64,000 nt of DNA from Myxococcota bacterium (GCA_025057315.1 JANWXW010000079.1:3434-67433); one strand, 5' to 3'. Positions 20,970 through 31,722 are shown, numbered from the stretch's first letter. Made by a program: numbers and translations. Notes: generated from the letters alone by a model not told the origin.

Positions 20970-23298
20970 GTTTGCGGGCCTGCCGGCGCGCGGCGGGGTT
21001 GTCGCGAATCTGCACCAGGCTAGCTGGCGTGCGGTCGTAACTCAGCACGCCCCCTTGGCGGTCGGCCTGGCCAAAGGTCAGCACGCCCGTCGGGCAGCTG
21101 TACACACAGGCCGAGCAGCGCACACACTCAGGGTCCTGCATCGGCAGGCCTCTGTTGGCAAAGCTCATGACGTCGATGCCCTGGTGGCACACCGACGTGC
21201 ACACATTGCAGCTGATGCACTTTTTCTTGTCGGCGAAGATGCGGAAGCGCGAAAAACGCGCATAGATGTGCATAAGGGCCGCCAGCGGGCAGGCGAAGCG
21301 GCACCAGACCCGCCCCGAAAACCAAAAGTAGCAGCCCAGTCCGACCACGCCGGCCAGGAACAGGTCCACCACGTGGTAGTAGTCCAGCAGCGAGCCGCTG
21401 AAAAATGCCCTGTGATAGAGCCGGCCCAGCACCTGACCCAGCGCGCTGCTCGGCCCCACCCAGCTGGCAATCCGCGCCAGCAGCAGCACGAGGCAGATGG
21501 CCAGCAAGAGCTGACCGAGCATGTTCAGCCGGTTCCACAGCGGGCCGTGCGGCATGCGGTGGCGATGGTCATCACCCAGCGTCTCGGCCAGTGCTCCGCA
21601 GGAGCAGATCCAACCGCAGTAGGCGCCCTTGCCCCAGCGCCACACCAGCAGCGGAAGGAGAACAAAGGTCTGCACCACCGAGATGATCAGCCACCACGTG
21701 AGCGGCTGCTCATGGAAGACGTTCCAGACAAAGAGCGGCCAGGCCAGGATGAGGCCGCATGCGCGCCAGTAGCTTCCGTCGGGAAATAGGTTGTCTCCCA
21801 CGGTCTTCATGAGGCCTGAGGAAAACAGGCCGAGCTGCCCGAGCCACGGTAGAACAAGGTAGGGCAGGACAAACAGCGGCACCGTCTGCACGGCCATCAG
21901 GGTGAGCGTCTGCCGCCGGATGTAGGGCGTCGGACGCCGCCGCATGCGCCGCACGCCGAACACCAGGACCAGGAGCGTATAGACCAGCGAGTAGTGGAAG
22001 CCGGGCTCGCGCACCGCAGCGGTCAGCGTGCGCCCCAGGGCCCCCTCCCCCAGGGCGGGCAGGTTAAAGGGGAACAGGCCATGGGCGCGGAAGAACTCGC
22101 GGACCGATGTCGCCCCCTTCCAACTATAGATAAACAGGCACAGCGCAAGGAAGAGCAAGCACCCTACCACCCGCCGGGGGCTCCAGTCGCCTGCGATACG
22201 GACTCCCGCGCGCCGCAGCAAGCCCAGCGGTGCCTCACGGCCGATCATCACAAAGACGACATCGTTGGGTAGCTGGACCTGCCTGCCCTCGGCATCTTCC
22301 AGCACCACCTCCGCCGGCCGGATTTCTCGGACGTGGGAGGACAGCTGCAGCGTAAGGCGGCCAGGCCGGCAGACCTGCTGCAGGAGCGCGCCGGGGGCGG
22401 GGATCATGTGCTCGACGCGGGGGGGCTCCACCCCGAGCAGAACGGTCGGGTCCGCGGCCAGCCGCTGGAGGCGCTCCAGGTTGTCGGGCTTGGGCCGAAC
22501 CAGCTCGGATTTGCGGTAAGCAAGGGTCACCTCTGCCCCGCACTCCGCCAGGGCGATCGCGGCCTCCACGGCGCTGTCGCCCCCTCCGACGACGAGGGCG
22601 CGGTGGCCGTGCCAGTCCATGGGGTCATGCAGGCGATGGTAGACCTTGGCCAGATCCTCACCGGGGACTCCCAGACGGCGGAAGTGGCCGCTGCGCCCGA
22701 TGGCCATGATGACCCGCAGGGCCTGGAGCACCTGGCCACCGTCGAGATGGCAGCACAGCAGCCCCCCCTGGCGCCGCACGGACTCGACGCGAGCCAGGCG
22801 CACCTGGATGCCCGCGGTTTGGGCATAAAGCTCCTCCAGCAGGGCTTCCTTGACCCGAGCAGAAACCTGCAGCCTGCCCGCCGGCCGCATCTGCTGCGGA
22901 TAGGTGTAAATCGGCTTGCCCCGGGGAAGGTGAACCAGCGTCGAGAACGGCTGTGCAGCCTCGACGATCGCGTAGCGCAGGCCAGCCTGCTCGGCCTCCA
23001 GCGCGGCGGCCATACCGGACACACCGGCGCCAACAATGACAAGGTCCAGCACCCCGTTAGGTCGAGGCGCCCGCACAAACGCCGGATCCGCGACGATGGT
23101 CTGCACGGCGCGCGCCCCGCTGTCGCAGGCGAACTTGAGCAGGGGCACGCCGGTCAGATCGCCCGTCACGTACAGGCCCGGCACAGCCGTGCTGCCATCT
23201 GGGTGCACCTCGGGCAGCCGCTCCACGGTTCCTGCGGGCCAGCCCGTGTGGAGCCAGTGCATGTAGCGCAGCAGGGGGTTGCGCCGCCTCTGGGGCAT
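20956..23298 (-). CDS. FAD/NAD(P)H oxidoreductase (TrxR/YpdA-like) fused to a NapH-like polytopic membrane domain with a 2x[4Fe-4S] ferredoxin
   Basis: VIVGAGVSG, AIGR, VVGGGDSAVEAA, YRK; several TMs; CGWICSCG, CRFACP, CISCNVCTSVC, CVRCSACVYSC. Confidence 0.85.
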   Translation of the reverse strand: MPQRRRNPLLRYMHWLHTGWPAGTVERLPEVHPDGSTAVPGLYVTGDLTGVPLLKFACDSGARAVQTIVADPAFVRAPRPNGVLDLVIVGAGVSGMAAALEAEQAGLRYAIVEAAQPFSTLVHLPRGKPIYTYPQQMRPAGRLQVSARVKEALLEELYAQTAGIQVRLARVESVRRQGGLLCCHLDGGQVLQALRVIMAIGRSGHFRRLGVPGEDLAKVYHRLHDPMDWHGHRALVVGGGDSAVEAAIALAECGAEVTLAYRKSELVRPKPDNLERLQRLAADPTVLLGVEPPRVEHMIPAPGALLQQVCRPGRLTLQLSSHVREIRPAEVVLEDAEGRQVQLPNDVVFVMIGREAPLGLLRRAGVRIAGDWSPRRVVGCLLFLALCLFIYSWKGATSVREFFRAHGLFPFNLPALGEGALGRTLTAAVREPGFHYSLVYTLLVLVFGVRRMRRRPTPYIRRQTLTLMAVQTVPLFVLPYLVLPWLGQLGLFSSGLMKTVGDNLFPDGSYWRACGLILAWPLFVWNVFHEQPLTWWLIISVVQTFVLLPLLVWRWGKGAYCGWICSCGALAETLGDDHRHRMPHGPLWNRLNMLGQLLLAICLVLLLARIASWVGPSSALGQVLGRLYHRAFFSGSLLDYYHVVDLFLAGVVGLGCYFWFSGRVWCRFACPLAALMHIYARFSRFRIFADKKKCISCNVCTSVCHQGIDVMSFANRGLPMQDPECVRCSACVYSCPTGVLTFGQADRQGGVLSYDRTPASLVQIRDNPAARRQARKHDTE

Positions 23299-23442
23299 CT
23301 ACGGTCTCCTGGTCTCTGCTCTGCCCCGGCCCAGCCGCGCCGGGGAGGGGATGTAGCCGGTCTGGGGCCTCGGCCAGGCGGGGGGCTGCCTTCGGACCGC
23401 GGGACAACCCGCTGGCGCACAGGCCGATCAATGTCTATTCTA

Positions 23443-23458
23443 TTTACCGTTCGGTAAA
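23443..23458. promoter_or_regulatory. Probable TetR operator palindrome
   Basis: TTTACCG-TT-CGGTAAA, 5 bp upstream of the tetR ATG and just after a TATTCT -10-like hexamer (23436-23441). Confidence 0.65.
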
Positions 23459-23463
23459 AGGCC

Positions 23464-24084
23464 ATGCAGACCGTCTCGCAAACCCAGCCCGACCTGACGC
23501 CCGCCGAGGCCCGCGAGCGCATTGTTCAGGCTGCCTTTCGCCTGTTTGGTCGTCAGGGCTATACCCAGACGTCTGTTCAGGAAATCGCGGCCGCTGCGGG
23601 CGTGAAGAAACCCGTTCTTTACTACTATTTTGGGAGCAAGGAAGGCCTGTACCGGGCGCTGGTGGAGCAAAGCGCGTACCTGCTGCGTCGGCTGGTCAGT
23701 GAGGCCACCGACCCCTGCGGAGCGGACGAGCCGATTGGGGCGCGCATGGGCCGCCTGGCCGAGACCCTCATTGGCCTGGCCCGGGACAACAAGGACCCGG
23801 TGCGGTTCTTCTTTGCCCATTTTCTTGCGGCCGACGAGGACCGGCCGGCCTGCGACACCGGCGCCCTGGAGACGGAGCCGCGCCACCTGCTGCGCCAGCT
23901 GGCTCAGGAAGGCATCGCGCGGGGCGAGCTGCGCGGCGACGCCGCTGACCTGGAGCGTCTGGTGATGGGTGGCATCCAATACAGCATCATCAACTACCTG
24001 CGCCGCCCGGAAGAGGAGCCGCTCGATCCGGGCCTGGGCGAGCGCATCGTGCGAGCGGCCCTGGCTGGCTTCGCCGTTCGCTGA
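23464..24084 (+). CDS. TetR/AcrR-family transcriptional regulator
   Basis: RERIVQAAFRLF...GY..TSVQEIA..AGV.KPVLYYYFGSKEGLY HTH. Confidence 0.93.
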   Translation: MQTVSQTQPDLTPAEARERIVQAAFRLFGRQGYTQTSVQEIAAAAGVKKPVLYYYFGSKEGLYRALVEQSAYLLRRLVSEATDPCGADEPIGARMGRLAETLIGLARDNKDPVRFFFAHFLAADEDRPACDTGALETEPRHLLRQLAQEGIARGELRGDAADLERLVMGGIQYSIINYLRRPEEEPLDPGLGERIVRAALAGFAVR

Positions 24085-24108
24085 GCATCTGAGTCCAAGG
24101 AGGTCTGC

Positions 24109-25266
24109 TTGCGCACTTCGGTGTCCGTTCTGTTGCTGACGGGGCTGCTCCTGGCGGCACCCTCGTGCCGGCGCAGCGAGGCATTGTCCAGCCAAGAGCG
24201 TCCGCCGCCCGCTGAGATGCCGACCGTGGAGGTGGTGGCCGCGGTGCGTCATCGCTTTGCGGGGCGCGTGCCCATCACCGGCGAGCTGCGGCCGGTGCGG
24301 GAGGTGTCCATCAAGTCGCGCATCGGTGGCGACGTGGTCGACCTGCGCGTGGAGGAGGGCGACCGGGTCCGCAAAGGCCAGCTCCTGGCCCGCATTGCCG
24401 GCAGCAGCCAGCGTGCCCAGTTGGCCGGGGCGCAGGCCGCTGTGGCGATGGCCGAGGCAGCACGCGCCCGCGCCGTTTCGGAACTGGAGCGCATCGAGCG
24501 CGACCGCCAGCGCATCGAGGCCCTGTACGAAAAGGGAGCAATTGACCGCAAGACCCTGGACGACATCCGCTCAGCAGCACGGCTGGCCGAGGCAGCGGTC
24601 CAGGGCGCCGAGGCGCAGGTGCGCCAGGCTCGAGCTGGTCTGTCTGCGGCCCGCACCGGCGTTGCAGACACCGTCTATCGCGCCCCCTTCGATGGCATTG
24701 TCAGCCGACGTGGAGTCCAGCTGCACGAGTACCTGGACACGATGAAAAACCGCGAGATCGTAGCCATCGTGGATAACTCCGAGATGGAGCTGCAGGGGGC
24801 GGTGGCCAGCTCGCTGGCCGTGGGCATTGAGCCGGGTGCTCGCGTCGAGTTCGAGGTTGGCGCTCTGCGCGAGCGGTCCGTTGTCGGGCAGGTCGTGGCG
24901 GTTAGCCCGGTGGTCGATCCGCGGACCCGCACCGTGCGCTTGCGCGTGCGCGTGCCCAACCCAGAGGGCCGGCTCAAGGGCGGCATGTACGCCACTGGCT
25001 ATGTGGCCGTCGGCGGGGAGCGCGAGACCGTGGGTGTGCCGGCACACGCGGTGCACCACGAAGAGGCTGCTGCCGACGGCGGCGAGGAGCGAAGCGTGGT
25101 CTGGCGCGTACGAGAGGGGACAGCGGAGAAGGTCGTGGTGCAGACCGGCGCGCAGGACGGTGACCTCGTGGAAATCGTGAGCGGCATCCAGGCCGGCGAC
25201 CTGGTGGTGGTCAGCTCGCCCGGGGCACTGCGTCCGGGCACAGCCGTTCGTACCAAGGTCCCGTAG
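24109..25266 (+). CDS. RND efflux periplasmic adaptor (MFP) subunit
   Basis: TTG start after AAGGAGG; lipoprotein-like signal; VEEGDRVRKGQLLA, helical hairpin, APFDGIV, VDPRTRT. Confidence 0.92.
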   Translation: MRTSVSVLLLTGLLLAAPSCRRSEALSSQERPPPAEMPTVEVVAAVRHRFAGRVPITGELRPVREVSIKSRIGGDVVDLRVEEGDRVRKGQLLARIAGSSQRAQLAGAQAAVAMAEAARARAVSELERIERDRQRIEALYEKGAIDRKTLDDIRSAARLAEAAVQGAEAQVRQARAGLSAARTGVADTVYRAPFDGIVSRRGVQLHEYLDTMKNREIVAIVDNSEMELQGAVASSLAVGIEPGARVEFEVGALRERSVVGQVVAVSPVVDPRTRTVRLRVRVPNPEGRLKGGMYATGYVAVGGERETVGVPAHAVHHEEAAADGGEERSVVWRVREGTAEKVVVQTGAQDGDLVEIVSGIQAGDLVVVSSPGALRPGTAVRTKVP

Positions 25267-25278
25267 CCGAGGTGCCCC

Positions 25279-28200
25279 ATGTTTCTGTCAGAGCTATCGA
25301 TCCGCCGGCCGGTGTTCACCACCATGGTGATGGCGGCCTTCGTCGTGCTCGGCCTCTTTGCCTACCGCCGCCTCTATGTGGAGGAGCTCCCCAATGTCGA
25401 CTTCCCCGTCGTGACTGTTACCACCGCCTGGCCCGGGGCCAGTCCCGAAGCAGTGGAAAGCGACGTCACGCGTAAGATCGAAGAGGCGCTCAACACGGTC
25501 GCCGGTGTGAAGCAGCTAAGCTCCCAATCTCTGGAGGGGGTTTCCAGCGTCGTGGTCATGTTCCACCTGAACATCAAGACGGTGGATGCGGCCAACGACG
25601 TGCGCGAAAAACTGGCCCGCCTCCGCCCCGACCTGCCGCCGGATATCAAGGAGCCCGTCATTGAGCGGCTGGACCCGGCCTCGCGGCCCATTCTGTCGCT
25701 GACGCTGTCGTCGGACCGGGTGTCCATGAGAGAGCTTACCACGCTGGCCGACGATGTGCTGCGCAAGCGACTGGAGAATGTGCCTGGCGTCGGCAAGGTG
25801 ACCCTGGTGGGAGGTGACCGGCGTGAGATCGAGGTGCTTTTGGACCCGACCCGCCTGAGCGCGCAGGGCCTAACTGTGAGCGACGTCGTCAGCGCATTGC
25901 GCCAGGGCAACCTGGACTTGCCAGCTGGCCGTCTGGTGCGCGGCCCGCGAGAGACCCTGCTGCGCGTCGCCGGACGGGTGCGGCGCGTGGAGGACTTTGC
26001 CGACCTGCCCGTGCGGGCTACAAGCGGTGCCGTCGTGCGTTTGGGCGACGTGGCGGATGTTCGCGACGGGGTCGAGGAGCGGCGCAGCGCATCGTTTCTG
26101 TCCCGGGGTCACGGCACAGCGCTGACCGTGACACCCGCCGTGGCGCTGGAGGTGCAGAAGCAGTCCGGCGCCAACACGGTCGCCGTGGCGGACACCATCA
26201 TCGAGCGGCTGGCCGAGCTCCGCGCCGGTCTGCCCGACGGTGTCCGGCTAGATGTTGCCATCAACAACTCGGTCTTCGTCAAATCCAGCCTGAACCAGGT
26301 GCGCGAGGACATGGTGCTCGGCGCCCTGCTCACCGTGCTCATCGTGTATCTGTTTTTGCACAGCTGGCGCTCCACGGTGATCACGGGCCTGACCTTGCCC
26401 ATCTCGGTGATCGGCGCCTTTTGGGCCATCTGGGCCGCGGGCTTCACCCTCAACCAGCTCACCTTGATGGCATTGACCCTGGCCATCGGCCTGCTCATCG
26501 ACGATGCCATCGTGGTCCGGGAAAACATCGTACGTCACGCCCAGATGGGCAAAGACCACCGCACCGCCGCCCGCGAGGGCACCGCCGAGATCGGCCTGGC
26601 AGTGATGGCAACGACGCTGTCCATCGTCGCCGTGTTCGTGCCGGTGGCATTTATGGGCGGCATCGTGGGGCGTTTCTTCTTTCAGTTTGGCATCACCGTC
26701 AGCGTGGCGGTGCTGATATCGCTGTTTGTATCCTTCACGCTGGACCCGATGATGTCGTCGGTGTGGCCGGATCCGCATGCCCCGCGGGAGACACTCGGGT
26801 GGTTCGGCCGGGCGATGATGCGCTGGCACGACGCTTTCGAGCGCCTTGCCCAGGGCTACCGCAGCCTGCTCGGCTGGGCCCTGCGCCGCCGCGGTACAAC
26901 CCTGGCCATCACGCTCGGTGTGTTCGTCTTTACATTGGGGCTGGGTCCGCTCATCGGTTTTGCCTTCTTTCCAGACATCGACCGCGGTGAGTTCTTGGTC
27001 CTGTTCCGCACGCCGGTAGGTAGCTCCCTCCAGTACAGCGAGAAGAAGGCCCATGAGATTCTGGCCGCCATCCACCAGGACCCCGATGTGGACTACTGCT
27101 ACACGACCATCGGTGCGGGCGCCACGGGCACGGTGAACCAGGGCCAGGTGTATGTCAAGCTGCGTCCGCGTGCCCTGCGGCAGCGTCGGACCCAGCAGGT
27201 TCGTCCCGACGCGCGGGCGCGGCTGCAGCAGCTAGTGGACGTCCGCACCCAGCTGGTGGACGCTGGCGGGCCCGCCGGTCCCCTGGCACCGCTGCAGATC
27301 AGCGTCAAGGGCCCAGACCTAGGGCAGCTCGACCGAGTGGCGCAGCAGGTGCTGGCCGCGGTTCGCTCCACGCCCGGGGTGGTCGATGCCGAGATCAGCC
27401 AGGAGAAGACCCGCCCCGAGGTGCGCCTCGTGGTCGACCGCCAGCGCGCTGCTGACCTCGGGGTGAGCGTCGGCGAGGTGGCGCAGGTGCTGCGCGCTCT
27501 CATCACCGGTGAGCTGGCCGGCACCTTCGAGGATGAAGAGGCCCGCACCCACGGCGTGCGCGTGCGGCTACCGCTGCTGGAGCGAAGGTCGCCCGCTGAC
27601 ATCGCGCGGCTGCTGGTGCCTGGAGCCCCCCGGCCCGAGGGGGGCCGCACCCTGGTCTCGCTGGAGCAGGTGGCCAGCCTGCGCGATGGGCTGGGACCAT
27701 CTCAGATCAACCACATCGACCTGCAGCGCGAGGTGCGCATCACCGGCAACGTCGAGGGTCGCCCCTTGGGTAATGTGAGCCGCGACATCCGCGCCGCGGT
27801 CGACCGCTTGCGAGTTCCAGCCGGCTATACCGTGGACCTAGGCGGCCAAAGCCGCGATCTCAAGGAAACCATCGGCTACGTGCTGGAGTCGCTCATTTTG
27901 GCCATCGTCTTTATTTATCTGGTGTTGGCCTCGCAGTTCGAAAGCTTCCTGCAGCCCTTGGCCATCATGCTATCGCTGCCGCTGTCCATGGTGGGCGTGT
28001 TCCTGGCCATGCTAGCCACAGGCGGCACCATGAACATCATGACCATGATTGGCCTTATCATGCTGATGGGCCTGGTCACCAAGAACGCCATCTTGCTGGT
28101 GGACCACGCCAACCAGCGGCGGCGCGAGGGTCTGCCTCGGGACGAGGCGCTGCTGGCTGCCGGACAGGTTCGGCTGCGCCCGATTTTGATGACCACCCTG

Positions 28201-28428
28201 GCCATGATCTTCGGCATGGTGCCCCTGGCCCTGGCCCTAGGGGAGGGCTCGGAGTTTCGCTCCCCCATGGCGCGTGCGGTCATCGGGGGGCTCATCAGCT
28301 CCACCCTGCTTACGCTGGTGGTGGTGCCGGTGGTCTACACATATCTGGACAGCCTCGGCGCCTGGGTCCTGCGCCGCCTCAGGGGAGAGCAGGGGCCGAG
28401 CGGCTGGGTAGAAGCAGAGCGCAGCTGA
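25279..28428 (+). CDS. RND efflux permease (AcrB/HAE1 family)
   Basis: IRRPV start, [35 protein letters not shown]; 1049 aa. Confidence 0.95.
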   Translation: MFLSELSIRRPVFTTMVMAAFVVLGLFAYRRLYVEELPNVDFPVVTVTTAWPGASPEAVESDVTRKIEEALNTVAGVKQLSSQSLEGVSSVVVMFHLNIKTVDAANDVREKLARLRPDLPPDIKEPVIERLDPASRPILSLTLSSDRVSMRELTTLADDVLRKRLENVPGVGKVTLVGGDRREIEVLLDPTRLSAQGLTVSDVVSALRQGNLDLPAGRLVRGPRETLLRVAGRVRRVEDFADLPVRATSGAVVRLGDVADVRDGVEERRSASFLSRGHGTALTVTPAVALEVQKQSGANTVAVADTIIERLAELRAGLPDGVRLDVAINNSVFVKSSLNQVREDMVLGALLTVLIVYLFLHSWRSTVITGLTLPISVIGAFWAIWAAGFTLNQLTLMALTLAIGLLIDDAIVVRENIVRHAQMGKDHRTAAREGTAEIGLAVMATTLSIVAVFVPVAFMGGIVGRFFFQFGITVSVAVLISLFVSFTLDPMMSSVWPDPHAPRETLGWFGRAMMRWHDAFERLAQGYRSLLGWALRRRGTTLAITLGVFVFTLGLGPLIGFAFFPDIDRGEFLVLFRTPVGSSLQYSEKKAHEILAAIHQDPDVDYCYTTIGAGATGTVNQGQVYVKLRPRALRQRRTQQVRPDARARLQQLVDVRTQLVDAGGPAGPLAPLQISVKGPDLGQLDRVAQQVLAAVRSTPGVVDAEISQEKTRPEVRLVVDRQRAADLGVSVGEVAQVLRALITGELAGTFEDEEARTHGVRVRLPLLERRSPADIARLLVPGAPRPEGGRTLVSLEQVASLRDGLGPSQINHIDLQREVRITGNVEGRPLGNVSRDIRAAVDRLRVPAGYTVDLGGQSRDLKETIGYVLESLILAIVFIYLVLASQFESFLQPLAIMLSLPLSMVGVFLAMLATGGTMNIMTMIGLIMLMGLVTKNAILLVDHANQRRREGLPRDEALLAAGQVRLRPILMTTLAMIFGMVPLALALGEGSEFRSPMARAVIGGLISSTLLTLVVVPVVYTYLDSLGAWVLRRLRGEQGPSGWVEAERS

Positions 28429-28470
28429 ATCAGCAGCGAGCCGAGCAGGCAGCAGGCGATGCCCCAGGGG

Positions 28471-29742
28471 TTATTCCAGCACCCGGGGCTCCACGCACAC
28501 CGCGGTTTCTAGCAGCACATAGAGCAGCGCCCGCTCCTGCGGCAGCAGGCCCATTCTGTCTCCCCTGCCCTCGGTGTGGTAGGTCGAAAATAGCACCCGA
28601 CCGCAACCGCGCACAAAGCTTACCGTGGCCGGCCGCCGTCCGTGCTGGGGCACCAGCGCTTCCACCCACACCTTGGGGGTGACCCGGACCGGCTGGCCAT
28701 CCAGGTCCAGGGCATCGACGGTGTTGACGCGCTCCACAGCGGTCCAGTTTTCCCGCACCTGGAAGTCGACAATACCCTGCGCGGCCAGCCAGTCCCTGAG
28801 CCCCGCGTCCTGTACGTCCGCCGGGGCGTCGTAGCTGCGTTCCATGCAGGCCGAGCCGATCTGCTGGGTTTGTCCGATCCAGTCCATGTAGCCCGGGAAG
28901 ATCTGCCGGACGAAATCATAAGTATAATCGGTCACATACAGCTTGCCGCCGCGGGCCACGAACTGCTGGAGGTTCCGCTGCACCACCGGGTCGGCCGAGG
29001 TCCTGTCGGTGCAGGTGGTCCCCTCGCTGCCCGAGCAGGGGAGGAAGACCACGTGGTACTTCATGAGCGTTTCGGGGTCGCGCAGCAGGCGCTCCGGGCT
29101 GCGCGGGTCGCGCGGGTTGGGAAAGAGGCCGTGCTCGAACAGGTCAAAGGCCAGCGAGGCCTTGTCCACGCCGAACCAACTGAGCTTGCCCAGGCCCAGC
29201 TTGGCCAGCGAGACCTCGATTTTGTCCCATGCGCCCACCACCACCGCCATGCGCGGAATGTCGTCACCTGATTCTTTGTCCATGCGACCCGGCAGGGTGG
29301 TCAGCTCTGCGGCCAGGTCCTGGTCGCCCGGCCGGACCTCGATGGGGCGCACGCGGCGAAACGCGCCCTTTTGCACCACCAGATGCAGCGGGCCCACCCA
29401 GGGGAGCGGCAACGTGAAGCGCCCATCGGCACCTGAGCGGACGTGGGGCGTGCCCTCGGGCAACCGGACGCAACGGTCGCAGTAGACTCCATCCGGGATG
29501 GGGGGCGGGCGGCGCGAGGTGACGTAGATGAGCGCGCCGGCAATGGGGATGGTGCCCTCGGGGGCTAGCACGCGGCCCGACAGACGCGCAACAATGTCAG
29601 GCTCCCGCGGCGGCAGCAAGGGTCCTGACGGATCGCCAGGGGAAGACCCCTCGGTCGGTCCTGGCTCGCTGGGGGCACGACCGAGCTGGCAGGCGACAAG
29701 AGGGAGCAAGGCCAGGGCACATAGCAGCGGGCGGGACAGCAT
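28471..29742 (-). CDS. Lipoprotein with a carboxypeptidase-regulatory-like domain and an uncharacterised alpha/beta C-terminal domain
   Basis: Lipobox LVAC; GRVLAPEGTIPIAGALIY, YCDRC, GRFTL, LVVQKG; later FVARGGKLYVTD and CGRVLFSTYH. Confidence 0.7.
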   Translation of the reverse strand: MLSRPLLCALALLPLVACQLGRAPSEPGPTEGSSPGDPSGPLLPPREPDIVARLSGRVLAPEGTIPIAGALIYVTSRRPPPIPDGVYCDRCVRLPEGTPHVRSGADGRFTLPLPWVGPLHLVVQKGAFRRVRPIEVRPGDQDLAAELTTLPGRMDKESGDDIPRMAVVVGAWDKIEVSLAKLGLGKLSWFGVDKASLAFDLFEHGLFPNPRDPRSPERLLRDPETLMKYHVVFLPCSGSEGTTCTDRTSADPVVQRNLQQFVARGGKLYVTDYTYDFVRQIFPGYMDWIGQTQQIGSACMERSYDAPADVQDAGLRDWLAAQGIVDFQVRENWTAVERVNTVDALDLDGQPVRVTPKVWVEALVPQHGRRPATVSFVRGCGRVLFSTYHTEGRGDRMGLLPQERALLYVLLETAVCVEPRVLE

Positions 29743-30218
29743 GGGGCACCTCCTTGGCCAGCTGAGCTGCCTCGAGTAGAAGATGGTCTCGCTGCAGAGT
29801 CAAGCCGTGGTCATGCCAGGCGGGGGCCCTGGGCCTCTTGCCGGCGGTCCCACCTCGGGACCCACCGCAGAGGGCCTCTTGACATGGGGCGCAGGAGCGC
29901 GTCTGTCAGGGCGTCTTTGCCCTGGTCCGGTCGCAGCCGATGCATCGGCTCACCCTGACGGGCATGGAATTGCCTGCCCGAACAGGTCGATGTCCCAAGG
30001 AACACGGACCGGTCCGCAGTCAACGGTAGCTCCCTCAACGAAACCCCTTTGCATGCCGCGTGGTTCCGCTGACAGACGGTCGTGGTTCACTCCCCACTGA
30101 CTGGACAAACCGACTAGCTCTCAATTGCATCTTCAACACCTCTACGATCGCATATACAATCGCACGCGGATGTGTCCAACCTGGCACGGGGGCTCATCCT
30201 ATATGGAGGTCTTGCATC

Positions 30219-31433
30219 ATGTGGCATCGTTCCCTGGCCCTGCTTTGTGCTCTGAACATTGGCCTGGCCTGCCGGCCACCACCCCCGGCAAACTCAGAGG
30301 ACCTGGGCCCGTCTCCAGATCTGGCCCAGCCACCCGATCTGCAGATGGTGCCGGACCTGCGGGCGGATCTGCAGGCGGCGCCGGATTTGCAAATGGCGCC
30401 AGACCTGCAGGCCCCGCCGTGCCCCTATGGACAGGAGCGGGTGGATGGGGTTTGCCAATGCAAGGCTTCCCACCCCAACATCTGTCCCTCGGCGACCCAC
30501 TGTTGCGCGCAGGTGCAGCAGTGCTTGCCCGGTGGGCTCTGCTCCTCCCCGACGGCGCGGCAGCGCCACGGCCTGGCCTATGATCCCAGCCGTCAGAGCC
30601 TTGTGATCTTCGGCGGCCTGGGGGCGATGGGCGTGGTCCTGTCCGACACCTGGGAGCTGGATCCGGTCACCTTCTCGCCCATCGTCGCTGCCATGGGTCC
30701 CTCGGCCCGCTTCGGGCATGCAATGAGCTACGATGGCAACAGTCGGCGCATCCTGCTCTTTGGCGGCCGCCTGGCGAACAACACTCTGTCCGGCGAGACG
30801 TGGAGCTGGAACGGTGCGTCGTGGACTCAGCTTGCCCCGACGCGGTCTCCAGAGGCGCGCGACCTGCACGCCATGGCCTACGACAGCGTGCGCCGTCGCC
30901 TGGTGCTCTTTGGGGGCACCAACGCGATGAACATCTCCCAAAACGACACCTGGGAGTGGAACGGCACCGATTGGGAACTGCGCTCGCCCCCGACTCGGCC
31001 AAGCGCACGCGAGGGCCACGCCATGGCCTACGACAGCGTGCGTCACCAGGTGGTGCTCTTTGGGGGCTACATCGGAGGCGTGGGCTACAGCAACGAGACC
31101 TGGCTGTGGGATGGGGCGACTTGGACCCGTCCCACCCTGGCCGTGACCCCCCCACCACGCGCCTACTTTGGCATGGCCTTCGACGAGGAGCGGCGCGTGG
31201 TGGTGATGTTCTCGGGCGAGACGCCGGGCACCATGGCGCTCGATGACACCTGGGAGTGGGACGGAACGTCCTGGAGCCGCAAGATGCCGCCGTCGAGCCC
31301 GCCGCGGCGCACCAACCACCGCATGGCCTATGACGCGGGGCGCAAGCGCGTGTTGCTCTACGGCGGCGTGACCAGCGCGGTGGACCGGGACGTCTGGGCC
31401 TGGGACGGCTTCACCTGGACGAGGCTCTACTAG
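30219..31433 (+). CDS. Kelch-repeat beta-propeller lipoprotein with PDL-repeat linker and Cys-rich module
   Basis: SD GGAGGT then ATG 30219; lipobox GLAC; DL/PDL repeats; six RxxHxMAYD...LFGG...DTWxWDG blades. Confidence 0.85.
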   Translation: MWHRSLALLCALNIGLACRPPPPANSEDLGPSPDLAQPPDLQMVPDLRADLQAAPDLQMAPDLQAPPCPYGQERVDGVCQCKASHPNICPSATHCCAQVQQCLPGGLCSSPTARQRHGLAYDPSRQSLVIFGGLGAMGVVLSDTWELDPVTFSPIVAAMGPSARFGHAMSYDGNSRRILLFGGRLANNTLSGETWSWNGASWTQLAPTRSPEARDLHAMAYDSVRRRLVLFGGTNAMNISQNDTWEWNGTDWELRSPPTRPSAREGHAMAYDSVRHQVVLFGGYIGGVGYSNETWLWDGATWTRPTLAVTPPPRAYFGMAFDEERRVVVMFSGETPGTMALDDTWEWDGTSWSRKMPPSSPPRRTNHRMAYDAGRKRVLLYGGVTSAVDRDVWAWDGFTWTRLY

Positions 31434-31679
31434 GACTAGAACGGAGCGGGGTCCATCCGGCCCCATCGGGAAATCGGCGAGGGGAGGACCCGGAGAGGTA
31501 GACGGCCACCTGGAGGTGGACCTCAGGCCAACCTCTCGTCCGGCGCCAGGTACCCCAGACATCCAAAGGCCTTGCTCGGCTTGCCGGGTCCAGTTTCCTG
31601 GCTACCCCGCGGCTTGCCAACTTGCACCTCTGCGGGATCTTACCCGCCTGGTCGCGTCCATCCCCATCACCTTTCATCG

Positions 31680-31722
31680 TAGACCGAGGCAACTTCCAAC
31701 TTCATAGACCGAGGCAACTTCC
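31680..31722. repeat. 18-bp perfect direct repeat in the intergenic region
   Basis: TAGACCGAGGCAACTTCC at 31680-31697 and 31705-31722. Confidence 0.8.

Noticed and set aside
31680..31722. Mini CRISPR array
   Set aside because: Only two 18-bp units with a 7-bp spacer, and no cas genes
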